From the sequence record SRR31156797_9179: DNA of 64,000 bases. The stretch is one strand, 5' to 3'. Below the pieces are notes generated by a model, which had not been told where the DNA came from, did not search any database, and was given only the letters and a program-made list of their open reading frames with translations. Both the position numbers and the translations under genes were made by a program. Shown here one piece after another: positions 9,945 to 19,628 of this stretch (positions are counted from its first letter, which is position 1; every line of letters begins with the position of its first letter).

Positions 9945-11456
9945 ATGAAAATTTTCCCTTCTTCATTAGTTGCAAAAATTGATGCCTATACTATCGAGAA
10001 TGAACCTGTTTCTTCTATTGATTTAATGGAGAGGGCAACAGTTAAGCTTCTTAATAAAATTGTTGACATATTTCCTGCGCCTCGTAATTGTAAAATATTT
10101 GTAGGTCCGGGAAATAATGGAGGTGATGGTTTGGCATTAGCAAGGCTATTAGCCGAAAAAAACTATACGGTAGAGGTATTTCTTGTTAAAATCAGCAACA
10201 AATTATCCGATGATGCCCAGGTTAACCTGCAAAGGTTAAAATTGATAAAGGTAGTTGATATTTATGAGTTGGCTTCGGCAGATGCCATGCCATGGCTATT
10301 CCCAGATGATATCGTGATTGATGCCATTTTTGGATCCGGCTTATCACGATCGATTGAAGGTGTCGCATTAGAGGTTGTAAAGGCAATAAATGCTAGTGAG
10401 GCAAAAGTGATAGCGATTGACATACCCTCCGGATTAATGGGAGAAGACAATTCGAATAACAATTACCATGGAATCGTAAAAGCTGATATTACCTTAAGCT
10501 TTCAATTTCCAAAATTAGCTTTTCTCTTTCCTGAGAATGCTGTTTATGTTGGAGAATGGGAGGTTTTGTCTATTGGTTTGCACCCCGAAATTATTAGTTT
10601 TGAACCCACTCCATATAAAATGTTAACGCGTGAATTTGTAAAATCATTACTAATGCCACGCAGAAAATTTGATCACAAAGGAACTTTTGGTCATGGATTG
10701 TTAATCAGCGGAAGCTATGGGAAAATGGGCGCTGCCATTCTTGCCTCAAGGGCGGCATTACGTTCAGGAATAGGTTTGTTAACCTCTCATATTCCACGAT
10801 TGGGTTATGATATCATGCAGACAGCCGTTCCTGAAACCATGGTGAGTATCGATCGATCAGATATCATATTTACCGAATATCCTGAATTGGAACAATTTAA
10901 AGCCATTGCTATTGGTCCTGGAATCGACAAAAAGCAAAATTCTTATAAGGCAATGATCGATTTGCTGAAGGAAGTAAAGGTACCAGTGGTTGTTGATGCT
11001 GATGCCATTAATATTATTGGTGAGCATCCGGAGTTGAAAGAGGATTTACCAATAGGGTGTGTTTTTACGCCTCACATGAAAGAATTTGAACGTTTGGTTG
11101 GGAAATCAAACGATAGTTTTACAAGAAACAGCATGCAGCGTGAGTTTGCAAGAGAACATGGATTAACAATGGTACTGAAAGGTGCTTATACAGCTATTGC
11201 TTGTCCGGAAGGGAGTTGTTATTTTAATCCAACTGGAAATCCGGGAATGGCAACAGCAGGAAGTGGGGATGTGCTTACAGGAATAATATTATCTTTGCTT
11301 TCACAAGGATATCCATCCAAGATAGCAGCAATTATTGGTGTTTATTTGCATGGATTAGCAGGAGATTTGGCAGCAGAAAAAATAGGAGTGGAGGCTCTTA
11401 CTGCTGGCGATATTGTTGATTATTTACCAAAAGCCTGGCTTGCATTAAAGAAGTAG
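9945..11456 (+). CDS. nnr: Bifunctional NAD(P)H-hydrate epimerase/dehydratase (YjeF)
   Basis: LMERA, GPGNNGGDG, DAIFGSG, DIPSG, HKGTFG, VDADA, TPHMKEF, MATAGSGDVLTG. Confidence 0.93.
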   Translation: MKIFPSSLVAKIDAYTIENEPVSSIDLMERATVKLLNKIVDIFPAPRNCKIFVGPGNNGGDGLALARLLAEKNYTVEVFLVKISNKLSDDAQVNLQRLKLIKVVDIYELASADAMPWLFPDDIVIDAIFGSGLSRSIEGVALEVVKAINASEAKVIAIDIPSGLMGEDNSNNNYHGIVKADITLSFQFPKLAFLFPENAVYVGEWEVLSIGLHPEIISFEPTPYKMLTREFVKSLLMPRRKFDHKGTFGHGLLISGSYGKMGAAILASRAALRSGIGLLTSHIPRLGYDIMQTAVPETMVSIDRSDIIFTEYPELEQFKAIAIGPGIDKKQNSYKAMIDLLKEVKVPVVVDADAINIIGEHPELKEDLPIGCVFTPHMKEFERLVGKSNDSFTRNSMQREFAREHGLTMVLKGAYTAIACPEGSCYFNPTGNPGMATAGSGDVLTGIILSLLSQGYPSKIAAIIGVYLHGLAGDLAAEKIGVEALTAGDIVDYLPKAWLALKK

Positions 11457-11481
11457 CAATAAAACGAAAGGTAATGGCGTT
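11456..11481 (+). promoter_or_regulatory. Possible ECF-sigma promoter of the DUF4831-like gene
   Basis: GCAAT-N17-CGTT resembles the AAC-N16/17-CGT ECF promoter pattern. Confidence 0.3.
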
Positions 11482-11523
11482 AGAAATAATGTCTATATCA
11501 GTAAAATATAAATAACAATACGA

Positions 11524-12657
11524 ATGATGCTAAGAAAATTTATGGTGTTCTGCATGATACTTGCTTTATCGTGGAACGCCAATGCTCAAAAAAGAAGAAC
11601 TTTAGAAACGCCAAGTACGGTAATTTATGCTTTACCTCAAACGGTTTTAAAAGTAGATGTTGTTGCAGAGAAAACAATTCTTAAAAAAGGACCTTTTGCT
11701 GAATATGCACAAAAATATTTAGGTATTTCGGATGTGGTAAAAGCTGATGGAAACAGTTGGAAATTGAAAGCTATAGAATTAAACGGAAAAGGAGAGGTTG
11801 ATTCGGAGCAGTTTCATAAACTAACTACTTCTGTTGATTACGAGCCATCTTTAATTGCCTTAACACCCGAAGGATTAATCCGTGGATTTAATTTAAGGAA
11901 TAGTCAATTTGAGAATGTTGAAAAGGAAGTAATTGCTTTATCGGATCGTAATGTAGAAATTGAATATGGTAAGTTTTCAATTGATCCAATTCTGAAATAT
12001 CAGGAGGATACTATATATAAGGTGGTGGAAACCGATACAGCTTTTGTAAAAATTCCGGTATTGGAAAAGCAAGCTCTTACAAAATCTTTGGAAGAGAAAG
12101 CCGAAGAGGCAGCTCACCAAATATTTAAATTGAGAAAAAGAAGATTTAAGATTTTGACCGCAAACTTTGAAGTTCTTCCACCAGATGGGAAGGCTTACCA
12201 GGTAATTGTTGAGGAGTTGGCAAAATTAGAACATGAATACATATCACTTTTCACAGGTAAAAAGGTGAGTATTAAAAAGACGTATCAGTTTTCTTACACT
12301 CCTAAGCAAGGGGAGAATGGTGGCGTTATTTTCCGTATGTCTCCACAAATGGGACCTGTTGGAGTTAATGACCTTGGAGGAAGACCAATTCGTGTCGATT
12401 TCAAAAATATGAATGTAACCGATGAATTAGCAATTCTACCTACTGCAGGAGTAGCTCCACATCAACAAATTAAATATCGAATTCCTGGAATGGCAGACGT
12501 AGCCATTTCGAATGGAAAAAGTGTTCTGTTGAAAAAGCGTATGGCAATTGCTCAATTCGGTAAGCTTGCAAGTATTCCAGCAGAAGTATTGCTTAACGAA
12601 AACTATAGCATCGAATTTTATCCTGAATTAGGATCGATTAAAAATGTAAGCAAATAG
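11524..12657 (+). CDS. DUF4831-like exported protein
   Basis: Signal peptide (ANA-Q); YALPQT, GPFAEYAQKYLG, YISLFTG, YRIPG, AQFG; Bacteroidales neighbour of nnr. Confidence 0.75.
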   Translation: MMLRKFMVFCMILALSWNANAQKRRTLETPSTVIYALPQTVLKVDVVAEKTILKKGPFAEYAQKYLGISDVVKADGNSWKLKAIELNGKGEVDSEQFHKLTTSVDYEPSLIALTPEGLIRGFNLRNSQFENVEKEVIALSDRNVEIEYGKFSIDPILKYQEDTIYKVVETDTAFVKIPVLEKQALTKSLEEKAEEAAHQIFKLRKRRFKILTANFEVLPPDGKAYQVIVEELAKLEHEYISLFTGKKVSIKKTYQFSYTPKQGENGGVIFRMSPQMGPVGVNDLGGRPIRVDFKNMNVTDELAILPTAGVAPHQQIKYRIPGMADVAISNGKSVLLKKRMAIAQFGKLASIPAEVLLNENYSIEFYPELGSIKNVSK

Positions 12658-12723
12658 AAATCTAAAAGTTAGGGATTTCGATTGGTGTTCGGATTCTCAA
12701 TAAATAGATTCTAAAATATAATG

Positions 12724-12757
12724 ATCCCTCTCCAAACGGAGAGGGATTTTTCTTTTT
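12724..12757 (+). terminator. Intrinsic terminator
   Basis: ATCCCTCTCC-AAAC-GGAGAGGGAT followed by TTTTCTTTTT. Confidence 0.85.
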
Positions 12758-12760
12758 AGA

Positions 12761-12768
12761 TACATTTG
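12761..12768 (+). promoter_or_regulatory. Bacteroidota -7 promoter-like element upstream of the 21-bp array
   Basis: TACATTTG matches TAnnTTTG and lies immediately after a terminator. Confidence 0.4.
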
Positions 12769-12788
12769 TAATGTGTTGATATATAGCT

Positions 12789-12902
12789 CCCCAGACTGGG
12801 TGGACCCCTTCGCGGACACAAGGGAACCTCTCACGGACATGCGGCAAGGTTTCACGGACACAAGGAAGTACTTCACGGACATAGGGGAGAGGCTCACGGA
12901 CA
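12789..12902. repeat. 21-bp-period tandem array: 9-nt core TCACGGACA with variable 12-nt linkers
   Basis: Core at 12810 (TCGCGGACA), 12831, 12852, 12873 and 12894; degenerate copy at 12789; GC-rich relative to flanks. Confidence 0.9.
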
Positions 12903-13134
12903 AAAAAGTAGATTGACTTTATCGAGTAGCAATCTGTTTCATAAAGTGTGGCATAGCAAATAAAAGTACTGTAATTCTCTTTTTCCATTCTGAGATAGAT
13001 CCGACCAATGGGTAACTCTTAAAAATCCTTAATTCAGATTCTCTTTTTCGTATTCTCTTTCTGCCTTTATCAAAAAATATTACCTTTAGTGCTCTTAAAT
13101 AATAAACACAAAAATTTAACGGAGGAAATATATA

Positions 13135-14610
13135 ATGAGCAAAGAAATTTTAAGTCTCGAGCCAAAGGCGATCTGGGAGAATTTTTATTCACTAACTCAG
13201 ATTCCACGTCCATCGAAGCATGAAGATGCAATTCAGGATTTCATGATGAAATTCGGACAGGATTTAGGTTTGGAAACCATTAAGGATGGAGTTGGAAATA
13301 TTATCATTAAGAAGCCAGCTACTCCAGGTTTTGAGAATCGTCAGGGTGTAGTATTGCAAGGTCACTTGGATATGGTACCTCAGAAAAATGCTGATACCGA
13401 ACATGATTTCGAGAAAGATCCTATTACTACTGTAATTGATGGCGACTGGGTAACTGCTGATGGTACTACTTTAGGTGCTGATAATGGTATGGGTGTTGCT
13501 GCTGCAATGGCTGTTCTTCAGGCAACTGATATTGAGCACGGACCGGTAGAGGCTTTGTTTACTGCTGATGAAGAAACTGGAATGACTGGTGCTTTTGGTC
13601 TTCAGAACGATGTTTTAGATGGTGATATCCTTTTAAACATGGACTCGGAAGATGAAGGTGAATTGTACGTAGGTTGTGCCGGTGGTATCGATGCTAATGT
13701 TACAATGAAATACAAAGAGGAGAAGCTTGAGAAAGGTCATGTAGCTTACAAGCTTTACATGAAAGGTCTTAAAGGTGGTCACTCGGGAATGGAAATTATT
13801 TTGGGTCGTGGTAACTCAAACAAATTGTTGTTCCGTTTCATCAAATTTGCAACTAAAAACTTCAAATTGAAGTTGGCATCTGTTGATGGTGGTTCTCTTC
13901 GTAATGCAATTCCTCGTGAGTCGTTCGCAGTTGTTGCGGTACCAGAAAAATACAACGAGAAATTCTTAGCTGCTGTAGCTGAGTTTGAAGCAACTTATAA
14001 AGCTGAACTTTCTGCTGTTGAGCCAGATTTAGTATTCTTTGCAGAAGCTACTGATGCTCCTAAGAATGTATTCAAAAAGAAATCACAAAAGAATCTTACG
14101 AACGCAATTTACGCTTGTCCAAACGGTGTTATCCGCATGAGTGATGATATGCCAGGTTTGGTTGAGACTTCATTGAACCTTGCTCGTGTTTATAGCGAAA
14201 AAGGAACAATTATTGTTCAGGCTTTAATTCGTTCATCAGTTAATTCTGCGAAAGATGATTTAGCACAAATGGTTTCTTCTACTTTTGAATTGGCAGGTGG
14301 AAAAGTGAAATTGGAAGGTGAATATCCAGGATGGAAGCCAAATATGGATTCTCCTATCTTGAAAACCATGCAGGAAGTGTACAACAACAAGTATGGTAAG
14401 GTACCGGAAATTAAAGCAATTCACGCTGGATTAGAGTGTGGTTTGTTAGGAGCTGTTTATCCAAACTGGGATATGATCTCATTCGGACCAACTATCCGTT
14501 TCCCTCACTCACCAGATGAGAAAGTGAAAACTGATACAGTGGTTAAGTTCTGGGATTTCTTAGTGGAAACTTTGAAATATGTTCCAGTAAAAGAGTCGGT
14601 TGAAGCATAA
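13135..14610 (+). CDS. pepD: Aminoacyl-histidine dipeptidase (M20C)
   Basis: QGHLDMV, TTLGADNG, DEETGM, GGHSG, IHAGLECG, HSPDE. Confidence 0.95.
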   Translation: MSKEILSLEPKAIWENFYSLTQIPRPSKHEDAIQDFMMKFGQDLGLETIKDGVGNIIIKKPATPGFENRQGVVLQGHLDMVPQKNADTEHDFEKDPITTVIDGDWVTADGTTLGADNGMGVAAAMAVLQATDIEHGPVEALFTADEETGMTGAFGLQNDVLDGDILLNMDSEDEGELYVGCAGGIDANVTMKYKEEKLEKGHVAYKLYMKGLKGGHSGMEIILGRGNSNKLLFRFIKFATKNFKLKLASVDGGSLRNAIPRESFAVVAVPEKYNEKFLAAVAEFEATYKAELSAVEPDLVFFAEATDAPKNVFKKKSQKNLTNAIYACPNGVIRMSDDMPGLVETSLNLARVYSEKGTIIVQALIRSSVNSAKDDLAQMVSSTFELAGGKVKLEGEYPGWKPNMDSPILKTMQEVYNNKYGKVPEIKAIHAGLECGLLGAVYPNWDMISFGPTIRFPHSPDEKVKTDTVVKFWDFLVETLKYVPVKESVEA

Positions 14611-14631
14611 TTAAATGCTACCAAATATAAG

Positions 14632-14661
14632 AAAGGACGTACGAATTGTACGTCCTTTTTT
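14632..14661 (+). terminator. Intrinsic terminator
   Basis: AAAGGACGTAC-GAATT-GTACGTCCTTT followed by TTT. Confidence 0.85.
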
Positions 14662-14677
14662 CGTATGGTTTATTTTG

Positions 14678-14706
14678 GTAGAGACGTTGCAATGCAACGT
14701 CCTTAC
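14678..14706 (+). repeat. GTAG-type REP palindrome
   Basis: GTAGAGACGTTGCAATGCAACGTCCTTAC; related copy at 38841-38869. Confidence 0.75.
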
Positions 14707-14708
14707 TT

Positions 14709-15158
14709 TCATCGGAATCTTTTTAGTAGAAGATATATAACAACAAAAAATAAAGCTCCAATACTACTTGCAACTACGAGTGAACCAATAGCAAATTGCA
14801 GGTAATTTTCCCCTAGTGTTTTCAAATTCATTAAATCGGGAACTTCGCTTTGAAAGGCTCCGGTTAAAATAAATGTTCCAACCTGATATCCTACTATAAG
14901 AATTAAAGGAATAAGAGGAGGAATGCTACTGATATTAACCGTAATCAATACCAATACTTTATTTAAACGAAAAAGAACAGCCAAAGAGATCGCAAGAGCT
15001 GTTTGGAATCCCCAGGCAGGCGAGAAGGCAAGAAAAGCTCCTAATGCCAACGAAAGAGCAATCACCGAATTGGAGTTGTTCGCAGCTGTAATTTCATCCA
15101 CAACAGCCTTTTTTACTCTCGATGGTTTAAATTTTTCTATATATGCTTGATAATTCAT
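14709..15158 (-). CDS. DUF2062-family membrane protein
   Basis: IALSLALGAFLAFSPAWGFQT, FRLNK, NISSIPP. Confidence 0.8.
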   Translation of the reverse strand: MNYQAYIEKFKPSRVKKAVVDEITAANNSNSVIALSLALGAFLAFSPAWGFQTALAISLAVLFRLNKVLVLITVNISSIPPLIPLILIVGYQVGTFILTGAFQSEVPDLMNLKTLGENYLQFAIGSLVVASSIGALFFVVIYLLLKRFR

Positions 15159-15310
15159 ATCTGTTCAACTTCTCTTTCTCAAAAAACAAACTGCTTCTTG
15201 AAATGTTCGAATCGTAAATTCTAATTAGCAAAAATTAGATACCATAATAGTATTCTATAATTAGGAGTTTAAAACATCAACATTACTAATAACTGTTTAC
15301 CGATAACTAT

Positions 15311-16429
15311 TTACTGAACACTGTTCATTGTCTTGATCCCATTCCCATCTGTAGATAGATATTCTTTCATCAAATTCGCAGTCATGCAGGAGTGAACCGG
15401 AAGAATTCCAATTAAATCACCAATTGTAAATTGGTCGAAAAGTTCATCACTACAGCGTATAATTCCATGTTCCTGGGATAGATTTGACAAGAATCCACCA
15501 CCTAGAATTTCACTCCAACCATTTTCTGTAATGCGAACAATGCTTCCAAATAGTTTGGTTCCTTCATCATCAGCTTCGATAAATTCCTTAGAGAAATGTA
15601 CGCCACCACCATGAATCACCAATTCTTTTCTGTCAATATTTCGTGCAATAATTGGGCAAGCCATGGCAACAGCAATTTGATTTTCGTCGCAGGATCCCAA
15701 AACGTATTGCATGATATCAAAAAAGACAAAGTTACCAGGTCTGATTTCATCTATTCCATAGAATTCTTCGCTGATACTGCAGGCAGGAGTATCGCCTAAC
15801 GATACCTCTATATTAGGAATGTCTTTGCGGAAAACATCTTTCAATTCGTTCAGATCCAACAGTGTTTTACTGTGATTTTTATGAATTTCATCCTGATCAG
15901 AGGCTTTGTAGTTGTGTCCGGTGTGAGCCAAAAATCCTTTGCAGTTTAGCTTCTCCGACTCCTTCATTAAATCAACCAATAATTGCACAGAACCTATGGC
16001 TTCAGAAGGAATTCCACTTCGTTGATATCCGGTATCTACTTTGATGAAAACAGCGACTGAATGATCCAATTCAGAATCTAAAAACAGAATGCTTTCTCTC
16101 GATTCCAGAACCAGGTTCAATTGAATTCTAGATGCCAACTCATTTATCAAGTCTATTTCTCGAACATTAACAGGAATAGCAACAGTAATATTTGTCCATC
16201 CGTTATCCGCAAAATATTTTGCCATACCTAAGGATGAAACGGCAATTGATTCAATACCTCTCTCTTTAAACCAAGTTCCAACTTCAGCCGATTGATGCGT
16301 TTTAAAGTGAGGACGCAAGCGAGCATTGGCTCTTTGAGCTCTGGCAATCATATCTTCAATGTTGGCAATGCATTTTACCTTGTCTAATAAAAGAGTAGGG
16401 CGAACGATTAAGGTATCGAGATTTGACAT
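15311..16429 (-). CDS. DSD1/D-threonine aldolase-like PLP enzyme (alanine racemase fold)
   Basis: RLRPHFKTHQ (PLP lysine), GDTP, EIRPGNFVFFD, LSQEHG, PVHSC. Confidence 0.85.
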   Translation of the reverse strand: MSNLDTLIVRPTLLLDKVKCIANIEDMIARAQRANARLRPHFKTHQSAEVGTWFKERGIESIAVSSLGMAKYFADNGWTNITVAIPVNVREIDLINELASRIQLNLVLESRESILFLDSELDHSVAVFIKVDTGYQRSGIPSEAIGSVQLLVDLMKESEKLNCKGFLAHTGHNYKASDQDEIHKNHSKTLLDLNELKDVFRKDIPNIEVSLGDTPACSISEEFYGIDEIRPGNFVFFDIMQYVLGSCDENQIAVAMACPIIARNIDRKELVIHGGGVHFSKEFIEADDEGTKLFGSIVRITENGWSEILGGGFLSNLSQEHGIIRCSDELFDQFTIGDLIGILPVHSCMTANLMKEYLSTDGNGIKTMNSVQ

Positions 16430-16458
16430 TATTGGAATGTTATTAATGAATGTGTGAA

Positions 16459-17877
16459 TTATTTTATTTTTGATCGGATATCTTTCAGCATGTTGTCTCT
16501 TAAATCGAGTAAGCTTTTAGAAATTCCAACCTTGTAAATGTGTGGACTAATAAAGCGTTTGTGTTCATCAGGCAATTGGGCAAAACGTTTTTTCAGATAT
16601 TGATTGATCTCACTTGGCGTTTTTTCTTTAATTAGAATTTCTCCATTTTCCATTACCAATTGAGTCAATTCCTCATATTCAAAATTGGCAACCTCTGTAT
16701 TTTTATCTGGATGAAAAGGGTGATATAATTTCTCTACATTTTCATCATTGGTCAGAAGAATGCCATCGCGAAAGAACATGCCATCCGAATCGATAAATCT
16801 TATCAACTTCTTTTTACCTGGCATGGTTATTTTTTCGATATTCTCTGATATTTTAAGTCTGGGATTTCCGTTGTTTTCCACTAGTTTGTAGACGCCATCG
16901 AGTGCCCCGGTATCTTTTCCGGTTACCAATTCGGTTCCAATTCCATATCCATCCAGCTGAGCTCCCTGTTCATTCAAACTCTTGATAACATATTCATTCA
17001 ATTGGTTCGAGGCAAATATTTGAACGTAATCCAGATTGGCATCGTTCAACATTTTTCTGGCTTTCTTGCTAAGATAAGCAAGGTCGCCACTATCTAATCG
17101 TATTCCAATTAGTTTATGTCCTTTGGACTCCAATTCTTTGGCAACAATTATTGCATTTGGCAATCCTGATTTTAAGGTGTTGTAGGTGTCAACCAAAAGA
17201 ACGGAATTCTCTGGATTGATTTCGGCATATTTTCTGAATGCTTCCAATTCTTCATCGAAACTTTGTACCCAAGCATGTGCTTGAGTTCCAGTAACAGGAA
17301 TTCCATAATTGAAACCACTGTATACGTTCGATGTGGTGTCAGCACCACCAATAACAGCAGCACGACTGGCATGAACACCCCCTAATCCTTGAGCTCTGCG
17401 TAATCCAAAGTCAGCAAAAGCTTTTTCTCCAATTACATTTCTAATTCTGCATGCTTTGGTGGCAATTAGCGATTGAAAGTTTAAATAATTTAGCAGGAGA
17501 GTTTCTACCAATTGAGCCTCGATGATATTACCTTCCACTCTAACAATGGGTTCGTTCGGAAATACAATTTCACCTTCACGAACACTATAAACTTTGGCAT
17601 TGAACTTAAAATTCTCAAGATATTTTAAAAAATCATCCTTCAAGCCTGCGTTTTTCAAGAATTCAATATTTTTTTTATTGTAAGTAAAATTCTGAAGAAT
17701 GTTCAATAAATCGTACAATCCTGCAAAAACGAGATAGCCTCCTTTATAAGGATTTGTTCTATAGTAATAATCAAAAACCGTCTTTTCATTCTCTTTTCCG
17801 CTCAGGTAATATCCTTGAGCCATAGTGAGTTCGTAAAAGTCGGTATATAAGCCAGAGTTTTCAGTTAATGTATTCAT
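16459..17877 (-). CDS. pncB: Nicotinate phosphoribosyltransferase
   Basis: LYTDFYELTM, DFGLRRAQG, GTQAHAW, LVDTYNTL, IRLDSGDL, GVYKL. Confidence 0.95.
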   Translation of the reverse strand: MNTLTENSGLYTDFYELTMAQGYYLSGKENEKTVFDYYYRTNPYKGGYLVFAGLYDLLNILQNFTYNKKNIEFLKNAGLKDDFLKYLENFKFNAKVYSVREGEIVFPNEPIVRVEGNIIEAQLVETLLLNYLNFQSLIATKACRIRNVIGEKAFADFGLRRAQGLGGVHASRAAVIGGADTTSNVYSGFNYGIPVTGTQAHAWVQSFDEELEAFRKYAEINPENSVLLVDTYNTLKSGLPNAIIVAKELESKGHKLIGIRLDSGDLAYLSKKARKMLNDANLDYVQIFASNQLNEYVIKSLNEQGAQLDGYGIGTELVTGKDTGALDGVYKLVENNGNPRLKISENIEKITMPGKKKLIRFIDSDGMFFRDGILLTNDENVEKLYHPFHPDKNTEVANFEYEELTQLVMENGEILIKEKTPSEINQYLKKRFAQLPDEHKRFISPHIYKVGISKSLLDLRDNMLKDIRSKIK

Positions 17878-18059
17878 CGAATTAAATTAAATGCGAATCA
17901 GTATAAAATCTTCTCAAAGATAGGGAATATCTGCTTTGGATGTTCTAAATGTGGAATCAATATGGATAGGTTAAATATGTTGGTAGTCATTTGTTCCTGT
18001 CTCATTTAATCCTAAATTAGCGGCCTTTAAAAAATTCTTAAACACAAAAAATATTTAAA

Positions 18060-19472
18060 ATGGTAATGACCGCACAATTACAACAAACACTTCGCGAGAG
18101 TAAAACGGCTCGTTGGATTGTTTTGGCCTTGGTATCATTTGTGATGCTAACAGGATATTTATTTACAGATATTTTATCTCCATTAAAACCATTATTGTTA
18201 AAGGATTCAGCTTTAGATTGGAACAATAGTTCTTATGGGTTTTTCACTGGAGCATATTCTTTATTTAATGTCTTCTTTTTATTCTTGATTATTGGTGGAA
18301 TTATCCTTGATAAATTAGGTATTCGTTTCACAGGAATTACATTTGTTAGTTTAATGATTGTTGGTGCTGGTATCAATTACTATGCATTAACTCCTGCATT
18401 TGTTAATGGTGGTTTTGGATATGATTTCATGAATTCATTCTTCACTAGTTATAGTCCATCAGTAAAAATGGCTGCATTAGGATTTGCAACATTTGGTGTT
18501 GGTGTTGAGATTGCTGGGATTACGGTATCAAAAATTTTGGTGAAGTGGTTTAGAGGTAAAGAATTGGCTCTGGCTATGGGATTAGAGATGGCTACTGCTC
18601 GTTTTGGTATGTTAGCTGCATTTTGGTTTTCAACCAGAGTAGCCGGAGAGCAAGAAATTATTACTCGTCCTGTTGCTTTTGCAGCATTATTGCTTGTTGT
18701 TGGATTGTTGACTTTCCTAATTTATGCAATGATGGATGCAAAATACGATAAACAAGAAGGAGTTGAAGAGGCTTCTGCAGATCCAGAAGATGAATTTAAA
18801 ATTTCTGATTTGGGTAAATTGTTTACGAATAAAGCATTCATGTACATCGCTATTTTGTGTGTATTATTCTATTCAGCAGTTTTCCCGTTTATGAAATATG
18901 CTGCAGATTTATTTGTAAATAAATTTGGAACAACTGCTGATACAGGTGGATTTATTGCTGGTCTTCTTCCATTAGGAACTATGGCTTTAACACCTTTATT
19001 TGGTAGTTATCTTGATAATAAAGGAAAAGGAGCAAGTATTATGATTTTTGGTTCAATCCTTTTAATTGCAGTACACTTAACGTTTGCTTTAGCACCATCT
19101 TCAACATTTATTGCTTGGGCTGGTATGATCGTGTTAGGTATTGGATTTTCTCTTGTTCCAGCATCGATGTGGCCATCAGTACCAAAAATTGTTGAAGATA
19201 GATATCTTGGTTCTGCTTATGCAGTAATTTTTATGATTCAGAATATTGGATTGATGGTAGTTCCAATGTTGATTGGCTATGTTCTTGATGTTGTGAATCC
19301 AGGTGTTACTGAGCAAATTCAACAAGGTGTTGAAGGTGCAGTTTATAATTATACTGTTCCTATGTTGATATTTGCATCAACAGGTATTTTGGGTCTTTTG
19401 TTTGCATACTTGCTTAAGAAGGAAGATAAGAAGAAAGGATATGGTCTTGAATTACCGAACATTCAAAAATAA
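18060..19472 (+). CDS. MFS transporter, MFSD1-like (paralog 1)
   Basis: About 12 TM; GGIILDKLGIR motif A; KWFRGKELALAMG; start may be ATG 18066. Confidence 0.88.
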   Translation: MVMTAQLQQTLRESKTARWIVLALVSFVMLTGYLFTDILSPLKPLLLKDSALDWNNSSYGFFTGAYSLFNVFFLFLIIGGIILDKLGIRFTGITFVSLMIVGAGINYYALTPAFVNGGFGYDFMNSFFTSYSPSVKMAALGFATFGVGVEIAGITVSKILVKWFRGKELALAMGLEMATARFGMLAAFWFSTRVAGEQEIITRPVAFAALLLVVGLLTFLIYAMMDAKYDKQEGVEEASADPEDEFKISDLGKLFTNKAFMYIAILCVLFYSAVFPFMKYAADLFVNKFGTTADTGGFIAGLLPLGTMALTPLFGSYLDNKGKGASIMIFGSILLIAVHLTFALAPSSTFIAWAGMIVLGIGFSLVPASMWPSVPKIVEDRYLGSAYAVIFMIQNIGLMVVPMLIGYVLDVVNPGVTEQIQQGVEGAVYNYTVPMLIFASTGILGLLFAYLLKKEDKKKGYGLELPNIQK

Positions 19473-19494
19473 TTTCAAAACATATATTATAGTT

Positions 19495-19522
19495 AAAAGC
19501 CACCTATTGGGTGGCTTTTTTT
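19495..19522 (+). terminator. Intrinsic terminator
   Basis: AAAAGCCACC-TATTG-GGTGGCTTTT followed by TTT. Confidence 0.85.
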
Positions 19523-19628
19523 GTAAGCGGTTGTATATGATAAAATACAGGTTTGTTTTTTTAGGCATTAATCTTAATTTAGTAAGCTCTAAAATCTTAA
19601 AATAAATTTTAACCCAAAAATTATTGTA

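Noticed and set aside
12789..12902. CRISPR or TIGR array
   Set aside because: The 9-nt repeat and 12-nt linkers are far too short for CRISPR, the linkers are partly similar to each other, the period is not the 36 nt of TIGR, and no cas or tas gene is nearby.
12662..12988. 108-aa minus-strand ORF (and 68-aa ORF 12697-12903) as a confident CDS
   Set aside because: It runs through a terminator, its openness is largely due to the stop-free repeat, and it has no recognisable domain. Kept only as a hypothesis in the findings.
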